DNA of 49,545 nucleotides, counting the filler, from Catajapyx aquilonaris (Eukaryota), in NCBI GenBank assembly GCA_000934665.2. It is 3 parts of 3 records of this genome, joined end to end, with 100 filler letters (N's around TTAATTAATTAA, not from the genome) between each part and the next. Parts side by side here need not be neighbours in the genome. Positions count along the whole stretch, not along the records: positions 16,505 to 32,909 come from JYFJ02007211.1; 2 more parts are not named here. One strand, given 5' to 3'. Positions within the stretch are counted from its first letter, which is position 1, and each line of letters opens with the position of its first letter. This document shows positions 20,859 through 33,009 of this stretch, one piece after another. The notes below the pieces were generated by a model, which was not told the DNA's origin, made no database searches, and saw only the letters and a program-made list of their open reading frames with translations. Both the position numbers and the translations under genes were made by a program.

Positions 20859-23053
20859 TTCTAGGGTTACCCACCTTACGCGCAGATGATCCTCAGTGCT
20901 ACCAGGACGCAATACTAGATCCAACAATTTATCAACTTCCTGCAGGGTATGATCCCAACTTCATTACACTTGCCCATTGCACTACTTTGTGCGAAGATGA
21001 AAAATTGCCACTTGCTGCCCTGCAGGCTGCCAGACTATGCTACTGCTTAGCTAGCACAGGTATGAAACGATGGGAATTACACATAGTGGACAAGTCGATC
21101 ATGTATTTTTCTAGTATTGTGCAATAGTAAGTTTCACGCTGAACAGTAACATAATAATGTTGTTCATTAACGTAGACGGCTTGACCCAACTTGACAACAG
21201 CGACACATGTAACATGAACTGCTGGGATGGGAGTGTATGTGGCGGTGCAGACGGCCTCATGAGTATTGCGGAAACTGGCTATGACGCAAGCAGTCATAAT
21301 GCGGACAAAGGAACTTTATCTCTGTCAGCCAACCGGGAAGGATCAAGTGGAGAGGTTGTATTACCTTCTTTAGTAGTCTAAATTGAAGCATGGGACATTG
21401 CAAACTGAATAGGACTGTAGTTCCTAATAATTACGAAATCATTATTACAGGTTGTGGAATTGACCATGGAATTTTCTTCATCAAAAAGTGTTTCCTATGT
21501 GATTGACTTAGGTGACGGTACTCCAGTAATGGAAATTACAACATCGCCCTGGAAATTCACACTACCACTTCCAGGAGATTACAACATCAGAGGTGATTAT
21601 ATCCATTTCTGAAGTCCTTTCAAATCACCACGCTCAAAATTTTAAATGCATAATATTTACCATTCTTTACAAAGATTCATTAGGAATATGAATTATGTGA
21701 AATACCTTTGCCATATATTGATTTCAATGGACAATCCTCTCTTGCAGTTGATGTGAAGGGAACCTCTGTTTCTGCCGCCTTACCACTCTCTGTGGGTAAT
21801 CCTATTCGCGGACTCGACTCTTTTTCGTGCCCCAGTGGGGCAGATCCAGGTGACACATATGGATGTCCTCTCTTAGTGTGGGGAGATAACCCAGCGGTTA
21901 ATGTCCAGTTAGACGGAGGCGATTGGGATACGTTTGTTGTGCCAGGTAAGCCAATGAGATATAGGGCAAACCAGAAAGTACTTGAAAACTTATTTTTTTT
22001 TTTAAATTCAGAAGTTTCAAAAGAGAAACTGAAACTGATATATAAATATGAAAGGGCAAGTCTTCCTCTAATTTTAGACATAGTCATCATACACTTTGGT
22101 GCATTTGTCCCAGCGGGACACTAGTTTTTGCATCCTGCAGAACAAAGCGTCAGGCTGGGCGGGAACTTCAGCGACATCGAGGAAGTGAAAGATGCCATCC
22201 GTCACTGGATGGCCTCATTCACTTCCTCAAAGTCGCTGAAGTTCTGACCTGCCAAGTGCTTCTTCATTGGTCCAAAGAGATGGTAGACCATGGTTAAAAC
22301 CATCTCTTTGGATCACAAAAGAAGCACATGGCAGGTCAGAACCTCAGCGACATCGAGGAAGTGAAAGATGCCATCCCCCACTCACTTCCCACCCATCAGC
22401 CTGACGCTTTTTTTTCTGAAGGGGTATAGAAAAACTAGTGTCCCGCTGGGACAAATGCCCCAAAGAGTACGGTGACTATGTCTAAAATGAGAGAAAGCCT
22501 TGCTCTTTCATATGATTGTACGAGTATATCTCACAATAAGTTTCAGTTTCTATAGTGAAACTTATGAATTACAAGTAAAAAAGTTTTCAATTACTTTCTG
22601 ATTCACCCTCGTAGTCCAATATATTATGACGGATAACATTCATTAACGATACACAGCTACGTACTGGATGACATTTGGTGCACCTCCGCCGAGAGTTCGC
22701 CCTGTAGCAGAAGTGGACAGTGGTATTGTTGGAACAGAGATCATTATTTATAAACAGCTTGTTCAAGAAGACGTGCTTGTATATGGCGTTCATTACTACA
22801 TGACTACTCCTGGACGATTTGAGTTACAGGTAAAACCCATGTGCATGTAATAAAACGTGTTTGCACATACCGGTACATATTTTTCAGATTCTAGCAGCCG
22901 ATTGTAATAATGGTTACATACTGTGCCCTGAGACTGGAAGGTGCTATCATGGAAAAGTGTGTCCACCTCCTGAAGGCGCAAAGCCATGTCAGTAAAAGTG
23001 CCTCACAGCGCAGGAGAGGGTCAATCGTGAACTTCGAAATTTTAAATTATTCA

Positions 23054-23096
<43 letters not shown>

Positions 23097-26000
23097 ATCT
23101 TGGCAGGGTTTACCCTCTCCAGAACTTTGTTAGCTATGAAGTTGTGATCTTACACAGTTACTTACTTTCTAGACGAGCCACTCTATCGGTCAAAAGGGAT
23201 TACTATTGAAATGTCGGGAACAACAGAAGCAAACACTTATAACTTCGAACTGATTCCGAGTGCGACGACGGCTGAACGGAATGATGTGTTTGCATTTTAT
23301 TGTTCCGAAGGGTGCATGGGTTACAGGTAATATGCCTAATGTTAACTCGCCTAGCAAGACCGGAATATTGATTGTTTTGTTTTGTGCTAGAACTGTCAAG
23401 TCGGACGGAAATCTTGTCGACCGAAAAAAGTCACTTCAACAATACTTTTTTCAAGTCCTTACAGAAGCGAAATTTTACTCCAAAGTATTACACACTTGCA
23501 CAATGGGAAGGGAGTCTACCGTCGCAGTTTACGTAAGTGAAATTACACGCTGTATCAATGCACGATTCCATGAGTTACAATCCCCTATATTTAGGATGGA
23601 ATAACAGAACCCTTAAGTGACAAGAGCGCTTGCGAGACATCAGTGGAGAACCTGAATATCCGAGTAATACCTGCTCGTACACGGATTTCGGAACCTCCAG
23701 GAGGCGAAGTTAGGGAAACCTTCACATTTGAAGTGTCTGTGACCAAAGGAAATCCTCTTGCAATGAGTGTCGACTGGGGAGAAGAGGACGAAGATGGAAG
23801 CCCTGATGATCAGTTTGTCTACGGAGGTACGATATCCTAGCGACAAAATGTACAGTACACCAACCACCAATCTTTTCAGTTTACAATATATAGGGCAGTT
23901 GCAGCTCCTCTTTTAAAATATATCAGGTGAAGCTCTTTTAGGTGGACAGCACGATCCGTCTCCTCTAAAAAGAGGACAGCACAAAAACGATAGAACGAAT
24001 GTGTTATTTGAATGAGTAAATTGTCATTTAATATAGAGCTAGGTCTGGAAAGTCCGAATGTTATCAAGCGAGTCAGTAAAAGAATATGCAGTATTTTTCC
24101 TCACCCCAAAGTAAACGTAATAGAAGGAGGCTAATGTTCATTCAGTAACTGTCTGTTACAATGATGATTCATTCTACAGGGTTTTCCACTCCCCCTTAAA
24201 AATGAGAGCTTTTAGTGATTTATTACATCACTCTGGAATAAATATTCTGCACATTCTAATGCCTTTTCAGGAAAGATGAATGGTTTGAAGATGAACATCA
24301 CTCACTACTTCAATAAGACCGGAGTGTACACCGTGAAAATCATCGCTGGAAATCGACACAACATCGGTAGACCGGCTGACACGTTCGCAAAGGCTGTGTA
24401 CATACAAAAACCCGTGGGAAACCTCTGGGTGGTGACTCAATCAAAAGAAAACCTTCCAATGGGAAAAGGCAGCTGTACGTAACTCTTTTAAATTAAAATT
24501 GGGACAATAAGTAATGTTATTTTCTCTGTACAGATGCGTCAGTGACAGTGACACACCCACCATACACTGAATCTCCAACTAATGTATCAGTGATAATTGA
24601 ATGGGGCGCTCCATGCTCTGAAAACCAGAACTTATACTTACTCCAACTGATTGAAGGTGGATCGACTGAACCATTTTCGCAGACGTTTACATGCCACTAT
24701 CTGAGCGGAGGAGATTTTACAGTTCCTGTCACGATCGGCAATCAAATGTCTGAAATATCACAAAACGTTCATGTGAGTGGTTATTACACGCATTATCTGG
24801 AGATTCTTGATACACCCACTAAAATGAAGCCTCTTTCAGTTTGTTGTTGAAGAATCCATGGAAATTTTGAGCGTGGTTTTGTATCACATACCCGAAGGTG
24901 AGTCTACACCTGAAAAAGGCGGCGGGGACGAGGAAAATATGTTTCTTACTGGAACAACTGTGTACTTCAACTTGACCTTAAAACGCGGTAAGAAGTTATG
25001 CTGATATTGTGATTATATTGGTGACAATGGGATATGTAAGTATTCATTACAACAGGAACGGTCGACAGTTTTCGATTGTTGGATTACACAGCAAATGCAG
25101 AGAATCCTACCGAGTTGCAAGTGTACCCTGTTCCAGACCGTTTCAATCCAGCAGCTACTGAAATTAAGTACCGCTTTGATAAGGTATGTCAATATATGTT
25201 AACTTGTCAAATACAGCACTAATTAATTAATTCATGCTTAGGAAAATGAATACAAATTGGGCATTCAAGGTAGCAATGAACAAGGCTGGTCATCACCTTA
25301 CAGATTTACTGTTGTCATAGACATACCAGTGAGAGAACTACTCCTTTCTGATTTTAACAATGTTACTGACAAGGTAAGTGTCAAATATTACTGGTAATGT
25401 TTTGAACAATATTGAGAACATTATAATAAATTTCACATCCAGAACGAAGATAAGAAATTTGAGGCACAATTTCATGGAGTAAGAAGACCTGCTTGCATGA
25501 TAGTTGATTTTGGAGACAACAGTCCATACATGGCGTTTGGTCAGGCAGCCTTTTGTGGAACTGTAATTAAAGCAGCCGTCAAAGACAGAAAAATTGAGAT
25601 GTCTTCAACGCCACTAAAACATCCCCTTCCTTTCAGCCATATTTACAAGTAAGACATTGTTTTTAAGATGCTATATTTATTTCTAATATTTTTTTCTTTG
25701 TCAGATCAAGAGCAGTTTTTAATGTCTCTGCTTACATGTATGAAGAAAAAGAGAGCATAAAGAAACCTGCACTCATAGGAGAAATAATGTTTGTCGTGGC
25801 TAGGGTCGATTGCGCCAGACCTAACGTAACTATTATCACCAAGATTAATCCCAATTCATACAGCACTCCCGATGTGTACTTCAAATCTGAGCTCATACGA
25901 ATAACAACAGAGAGCGAGGTCAACTGCTCCATCGGTACCTATCTCAAGTGAGTCATATTTCTTACCGCCTGCGCCTGGCCACACTAGGCGGAATCTCCTC

Positions 26001-26779
26001 AAAAATCTCAAACACATTGAAATCCGCTGTCTTCCGCTGGTGTTCGACGGAACGACGGAAAAACCGTCGTATGTGTCTCATCCCGACGGAATCCCGTTTA
26101 CTTCCATGTGTTTGACATTTTTCAGCGGACCGCGCCGGAAATTCCGTCGCGGAGATTCCGCCCAGTGTGGCAAGGCCCTTATGAAACCCATGATGACCGT
26201 GAAAAATTGTCATATATTATAGTGAGTCTTTGATATGTCACTTGTAGGTGGCCCAACGTAAAATAATCTTTTAACCTTAAAGTAATGGAGCACTGTGAGT
26301 ACGGTACTAATAATGTTCAGAAATGTTGCTTTCTGGTGAGAAAAGGGTCAGCTGAAGGTCAGATTGGAAACTACTTTAGCCACTTCCAACGTGACCCTTA
26401 CTTGACCCCTTTCCTCCAGTCAAGGTTTAAATGACCAGATTAATAATTGTTCGTAACGATATAATCTGCAGTGCGACTTTCTTGAGTCGGAGCTGCTGTA
26501 GATTACTCTTAATCAGTTTGGTTTTACATGGAAAATGTACGGTTTTTTACAGGCGCCGATGGGAACTGTTTTTTCTCAATGCTGGTGAAAACGTAAAGAA
26601 TGCCTCTTTGTTCATCGCTTCCAACGTGCCCTCCTGGAATCGATCTGAAATAGTATTCAGGCCTGCAACTCTTAATTATGGAAGGTATATGCTGCGACAC
26701 TATTGCACTGTAGACGGTAAGTGCTGCCAATATCGTATATTGTCACCTTCACATAATTTTGGTATGTAATTATACTACC

Positions 26780-26850
<71 letters not shown>

Positions 26851-29555
26851 TCCTGTTATTAAGGTTATAAAAGAGTTCTTTTTTCCCATTTAGAGATAAC
26901 AGACGATCGCTTCAAAAATCTGGTGTTCCAAACCATAAAAGAAGTGTACCTTGAAATTGTACCTACAAAAGAATTGATAGGTAAAATTTGGAAAGAAGCG
27001 CAGCTTTCTATTACTACTGGTAGAGGTCAAATTGTAAAATTTCAACCTGGAATATACTCCTTTGACCCTGACTTTCCAAAGCTAAAATCGGTAGGTATCA
27101 TAAAAGGTAGCATGAGTGAGAAAAGGGAAACATTCTCCTTGTCGTGCACATGGGTCCTGTAAATACGTTGTTTTCCTGTACAACGTTTTGAATTGTCAAA
27201 TTTTTAATGTCGCATTTTCCAATAAATGAGAAAATGGAGCGGCAACCCTGCTCTTTCGGTATGCAAATATGGCACATTGTCACCAAACACAAGCCACCCT
27301 TTCAAAAATATTTAGACAGAAAGAAAATTGACTATAGTAAAAGAAGGGAGAATGAATACGCTCGATATCTCATTGCATTCAAAGGACGCAAGTAATGTTG
27401 CATATGATATACTACAGTGTATGTACTTGTGCAACCACATTTTGTCGATATTTTTATAAAACAATCCGTAAAAAAAACAAGTATACGGTAATATTTGTTA
27501 CTCATTACAGGAAGGAATAAGCATAGCATGGTTCTGCAGACGTGAAAATGAGGACTTTGTAAGGGACAGTAGTCCTGAGAAGGAAATTATTTTCGATGCC
27601 AATCTCCACAATATTCCCGACCCAAACGACCCATCAACTTATGGTCCCGATAAAACTCAGGGTTGCTTCGGTTGGCCTCCAGGTAACACATTAGTATTTG
27701 AAAATCTTTCAGATATTTTTTAATGTACCTAGTATTATACACTACAGTGAGTAATAATATTTTCTCTGTTTTTCTTACAGGACGACTGAACACTAGCGCT
27801 CCTACTATAACATTGAATACCACCAGTTTTATTGCAGTCGAGGAAACTTACGCTATACATGCTCGTGCTATAAAAGGAAACAGGGTTGGAAAGGCAAAAG
27901 TGCATGTGACAGTTAAGAATGGACTTGTTCCAGGAGTTGTCATAAAGTGAGTCGTCTGCGAAGTTTTAGTTGTTTTGGTATATTTGTTAAAAAATTTTTT
28001 TTTAATTTTTTGTACCCCGTTGTTAGGGCCGTGGGCCCTTTGTTTTGGTATATAAGATTCGTGTAGCTATGCAAAGTTGATCCACACGGTAATATAAACA
28101 TTCTGTCATAGATGTTCCTCTGAAAACCTGTGTGCACCGGACAACGGAAACATTCTAGTAGCCGCATCTTCACGGTTGGCGCTCATAAGTGAATGTACTG
28201 AGAAGTGTCAGCGTCCTTTCTTCTACCAGTGGTCTGTTGAATTAACAAAACCACCTCCAGGTCGCCTCGTAGAAACCTGCCCTTCGGACTACGCAGGGGA
28301 ATATTTTGCAGGTAATCATTAGTACCAAATTATCTGACACCTTTCCAAAAGCCACGACATGTTTAATAATTATGATTGCATTCCAAGAGAATCCTGTGCC
28401 TGTAACATTTTGGAAATTTTTCACAAAAATCAACATAGCCATATGCTGGTGCTTATCTTCAGCTACTGTTGCACCCCTTGACGTACTTTTACTGCAAATG
28501 ATGGCGTACATGTACCACGTACACAGTTAATGTGTATGTATTGTCCGTACCATTTTTTCTGACCATATTATTGACTTTGAACAGACACCGAAAATGCGAC
28601 ATGTTGCTAATCGTACGTGAAAAAGATATCTATGAGAAGTGTAATCGTTAAGACAAAAAAGACATCACATAAAGGCCCTGGAAAATTCCACCATACACCT
28701 GCCGCGCCGAAAACACCGAAATCACATACCCCGTCATGTTTCATTTTGATGTCGGGCTTGGGAACATCATGATCACGTGGCATGTATACGTATGTGTTAG
28801 CATTGCCATCGAAATGGCGAATGGTGACGTAGACGTTGGGGACAGCAGTTCCACATCATTGCATTGATGTCGCCAACATACCCATCAAAAACCTGTCGCG
28901 TTGAAGACATCGACTATATACAGACGACGCAAATTCTGAGACTTTAACGCCTCGTCCTGGCTTTTCCGTTCCGCGTAGAAAAACCCCGATTGCACCTTCG
29001 GAATCAGGGTTTTTTGCCCGATTTTTAGAGCCCACCTTGCATTTTGAGGGACGTGTCCCTTTAATCAAGATACGGTTATCGCATTAAAATAATATCCCTT
29101 TAAAAATCCCATAATATTTTTGCACAGAGGGTCAAATTCTCTGGAGAATGTTTGGACAATTTGGAGAACTCATTTTCTAGCCCATGCAGCGCGCAAGATG
29201 TTGGGATCAAATTTTCAAAATCCAACGATAACCCGCCCGTAAAGTAGACTTGTGCGGATATAGTGAACCCGGAAACTGGAAGTGGCGGGTCACCGGAAGT
29301 TGGCCTTGACATATATTTAGGTCACGCTTAATACGAAGATGAAAACCGTTTGTCGCTATCTTTTGTGGTTGAGGCCCTGAGATCTGTCCACAGACGGACG
29401 GACAGACAGAGCCGTTCTATAAGACTTTTTTTCTATGATGAGAAAAAGTCTCAAATGTAATAATTTGAACGTGAACTTCAATTGGTTCCGCATCACGCTG
29501 TTCTCTTTACGTGTATGTAGTTCAATTTGTGTTTCAAAAATTAAACACTACAGGC

Positions 29556-29638
<83 letters not shown>

Positions 29639-31289
29639 TCTTTAAAATAAGAGGACTAGTTTTAATTCTTGCCAATTAGGAACTGATATCGAACACCTTT
29701 TATAGGCTAGAATACTGCTACGCTCTAAAGGCGGGATTTGTAAACCTGTGATACTATTTTCTAGGTATGGATGAACAAGAAATGTTTGTAAAGAAGGCCT
29801 TCTTCGCCAACTGTTCAGTGGAAGAGTTCCGAGTATCCATTCTCGTGAACAGCAGTTATCCGGACACATTGCAAGGTAAGGTAATATTCATATTAAATGT
29901 CAAGATCAGCTTTTGAAACACTCTTGGTTTCAGGAAATTACAGCACTTTTGTTAAGTTGAACAAACCTCCTGAGAATGGGACGTGTACTGTCAATTACAC
30001 TAAGGAGGGTCCTAGAATTGCACTCATGGACAAATTTAGGTTAAATTGCGAAAAATGGGTGGATCCAGAAAATCGTGAAATTAGATCATACTCATTTTAT
30101 CGTAAGTATATCGTCAAAAAATTGTCAAAGAAATATTAATGAATGTTTTTATTTTGAAAATAAGTTGTGTATCCGGAAAGCCTGGGGGAGCCTGAAGAAG
30201 TAACAATGGACGGCAGCGAAGATGTCGAAGACATAAGTGATGATGAAATTACAACTGAAGATGAAGAAGAAGTGCCAGATATTTTTAGACCAGATGATAT
30301 AAGATACGACATCATGACGATAAAGAAGATGCCTGTAAATGTAGTGTTTCCAATAGGAAACTTCTCATTGATGTGTGATATACAAGATGAATGGGGAGCT
30401 ACAGCAACTGTTCACATACAAGATATAGAGGTAAGCGTATAATGAAGATAATGACATCGCTGGTCTAGTCGTGTCACATACAGCCTCGAATCAGCTTCAA
30501 AATAGCGGCGATTCATGACATGCATATGAAATAGCTACTCTGCAATATTTCACAATAGCTAGCAGAAAACCATGCAAAGAGAAAGACACAGCAGTTAAGT
30601 GACAACATTGTGAAAACGCTTTTGAATCCACCTTTAGTGCTGCCCTAGTAAATATCATACTATAGATAGTCGACACCTTATCGTGGACTTACATGTCAGA
30701 TCACACAGTCTATCGTGTTGACTCTGAATGCTTAATACGTGGTAATGATGACAAAATAAAAATGATGTGCTTAATTCAGGGGACAAACTTCTAGGGGTAA
30801 TAGAGGGGACCAAGACACACATAATTCATATAGGACCCAGTGTCCTGAAACGCGTCTAAGCGACCTGTTCCTTGTCTATTGACCCCCTCTATAGATGGCG
30901 ATTCCGGACACGGGTGCCTATTATATGAAATATGTTTGTGTTGGTCGGCTCTATATTACCCCTAGAAGTTTGTCCCCTGAATTCAGAAACTCCTTGTATA
31001 CTCCATGTCTGCATTAATTCTCATCAACCGGTTGCACAGGTTAAGTTATGCAAATTAACAGCCCTTGTGTTAGAATTATAAAATGAAGTTTGCTTTTTTT
31101 CAGATATTATCGCCCGATCCAAACAAAACTGATTTAAAAGCAATCGATAAGATCGTCGAAAAACTGTTAGAGGAAGAAATGACAAATGAGTTGGGAATGT
31201 TTCTGCAGGCTAGGGATTCAATATATTCCCATCCTGCAAGTGCATATGTTCATATGGTGAATCAACTTGATCTGAAGGACCTAGGAGGG
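20859..31289 (+). CDS. Polycystin-1-like (PKD1/PKD1L/REJ family) protein, partial ectodomain: WSC domain, several PKD-like domains, REJ module; 25 exons, about 1,480 codons
   Basis: Exons 20859-21059, 21176-21354, 21451-21592, 21748-21945, 22657-22829, 22888-22987, 23173-23326, 23391-23532, 23595-23826, 24271-24474, 24534-24772, 24840-24987, 25056-25183, 25242-25373, 25443-25648, 25705-25947, 26553-26716, 26894-27090, 27511-27682, 27781-27946, 28112-28311, 29765-29875, 29934-30101, 30165-30430, 31104-31289 all join GT-AG in one open frame. WSC: CYQD..C..C..AALQ..CYC..C..C..CGG. PKD: IDLGDG, VDWGE, VDFGD, HYFNKTGVYTV. REJ: LNYGRY, SFDPD, WFCRRE, GCFG, NKPPENGTC..F..NCEKWVDPE, FPIG..IQDEWGA. 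First exon not located; GAIN/PLAT/TM region not found before the gap. Confidence 0.88.
21960..22613. mobile_element. Palindromic mariner-derived element in PKD1-like intron 4
   Basis: The right end reads TACGAGGGTGAATCAGAAAGT on the minus strand (mariner-type TIR), with a degenerate left copy. It encodes transposase C-terminal fragments HLFGxxKKH.AGQNxSDIEEVKDAI and GIEKLVSRWDKC.KEYGDYV* in both orientations. Confidence 0.8.
23054..23097. repeat. (TAAA)n microsatellite
   Basis: Direct reading. Confidence 0.95.
25973..26176. mobile_element. MITE in PKD1-like intron 16
   Basis: Imperfect TIRs gcctggccacactaggcggaatctcc / ggagattccgcccagtgtggcaaggc. Confidence 0.6.
26782..26850. repeat. (AAT)n microsatellite
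   Basis: Direct reading. Confidence 0.95.
29556..29638. repeat. (TTA)n microsatellite
   Basis: Direct reading; source of the poly-Ile ORF. Confidence 0.95.
30773..30983. mobile_element. MITE in PKD1-like intron 24
   Basis: Inverted arms aattcaggggacaaacttctaggggtaata / tattacccctagaagtttgtcccctgaatt. Confidence 0.65.
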
Positions 31290-32289
31290 GTGAGTAATTT
31301 TCCTTCTTTTATGCTCATAATAGTGGAGTAATGCTAGTATCGATTTTATTGGCTTCGACTATGGAATTTTGCACTAATTATAATTATAACCTAAAGGGCT
31401 CTTCAAGTTAGCATAAGTTCAAGTCGCAGAAACAAATCAGATCGGATTGCACTTGTCATCATTCTCAATAATATTTCACCTAATACTGTCGCGATGTTTG
31501 TTAGCCCTGGAAGTTATCGCTCTAGCCACTGGATGCGCCACCTCTCTGATTCACATCCCTGCTTAGCTTCCTTCCGCTAGATGGTGCTCCACACGCTGCC
31601 AGGTGGCGCTCCTGCACAGTTACTGTTACTGGACTACGACTACCCCCTACCTGCCTCTCTCTCTACTTCCCTGGCCAAATAAACAGTGCCATTAAGTCCA
31701 ACCCTACCACGTGCACCGAAGGTGCACCCACCAAGCCTGTATGCGCATTAACAGGCTTGTTATTAATAGTTGGTAAGTTGTTAATATTATGGTTTGTAAA
31801 CAATTTATGACAAGTGCAATCAGGTAGGATTGGTTTCACACTGTTAAGTGCTCCCAGCCATTAGTCCCTTTAATTAACATTCAATCGGTTCTATACCAGC
31901 AGTTATCACTACCTCAACCTTGGTCACTGCTTCTAAACTTTTCTTTTCCAGCAGTGAAGGCCGGGTAAGGTGAATAAGTTACGGATTCTTTACAGTCTTT
32001 ACATTGTAATTTAAGTCCCGATTTGGAGACGGGAATTCATAATCATTTTATCCTCCCTCAGGATTACGACGATATTTTTGTCCTCCACATACCCTCCACT
32101 TTAACCGACTTTAACCCCTTCGGCCCCAGCCACATAAAATCTAGCCGAATAAAGTACCAGCCTCGCTACCAGCTATAATACGTATTGTCATCTTCTAGAT
32201 TTTTTTCGCTTCTGTTCAACTTAATAAGGAAAAGAAGTTGTACTAAATAATAACAGCTATAGTTACACGGTCATGCTCTACACATTGTA

Positions 32290-32719
32290 CAGTGCTGGAC
32301 ACAATAGCATATAACAAGTGTAAACAATGACTTTGGCGTTACCTGGCAACTGGTCGTGTTCGGACATCGTCATGTGGAGAGTGCTTAGCGTTCTTTCTGT
32401 CGTTGCTACTAGAACATCCCTCTCATCTTTCCGGCCATTCCGTAACTCCATCATCGTGGGAATAAGACAGTGACGATAGTGTGATAATAACGAATCGCCT
32501 TCTCAAAATAATATCCCCCTCAGCCCGCTTATTCCGATGCCATGCATTGGTAAGCATGCACACACCCTTCGTCCCAGCATCAATCGCTACCTGTAAACAG
32601 TGGCAACGACAGAAAGAACGCTAAGCACTCTCCACATGACGATGTCCGAACACGACCAGTTGCCAGGTAACGCCAAAGTCGTTGTTTACACTTGTTATAT
32701 GCTATTGTGTCCAGCACTG
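32290..32719. mobile_element. Tc1-like MITE with about 117-bp TIRs
   Basis: TA|CAGTGCTGGACA...TGTCCAGCACTG|TA, with near-identical arms 32290-32406 and 32603-32719. Confidence 0.8.
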
Positions 32720-32909
32720 TACTATGTGTTGAAACAATATTTGAGGAGCTTGCCAGCAAAACCAGTTCAATCCACAATTTGCAATTTTTCAGGAGGAGCC
32801 AATAAGTGATTCCTCAATGCTGGTGGCAAAAGTGGCAGTGAAGTTGTCATGGGCAGTATGCTATAGGGGTTGCCATTATGTAGACACAATTGTTTTACTT
32901 CAATGTATG

Positions 32910-33009
32910 NNNNNNNNNNNNNNNNNNNNNNNNNNNNNNNNNNNNNNNNNNNNTTAATTAATTAANNNNNNNNNNNNNNNNNNNNNNNNNNNNNNNNNNN
33001 NNNNNNNNN
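32910..33009. other. Assembly gap with artificial TTAATTAATTAA linker
   Basis: 44 N, a 12-nt linker, then 44 N. Confidence 0.95.

Noticed and set aside
32062..32180. Possible next PKD1-like exon after a ccctcag acceptor
   Set aside because: Runs into a stop with no convincing donor or family motif.
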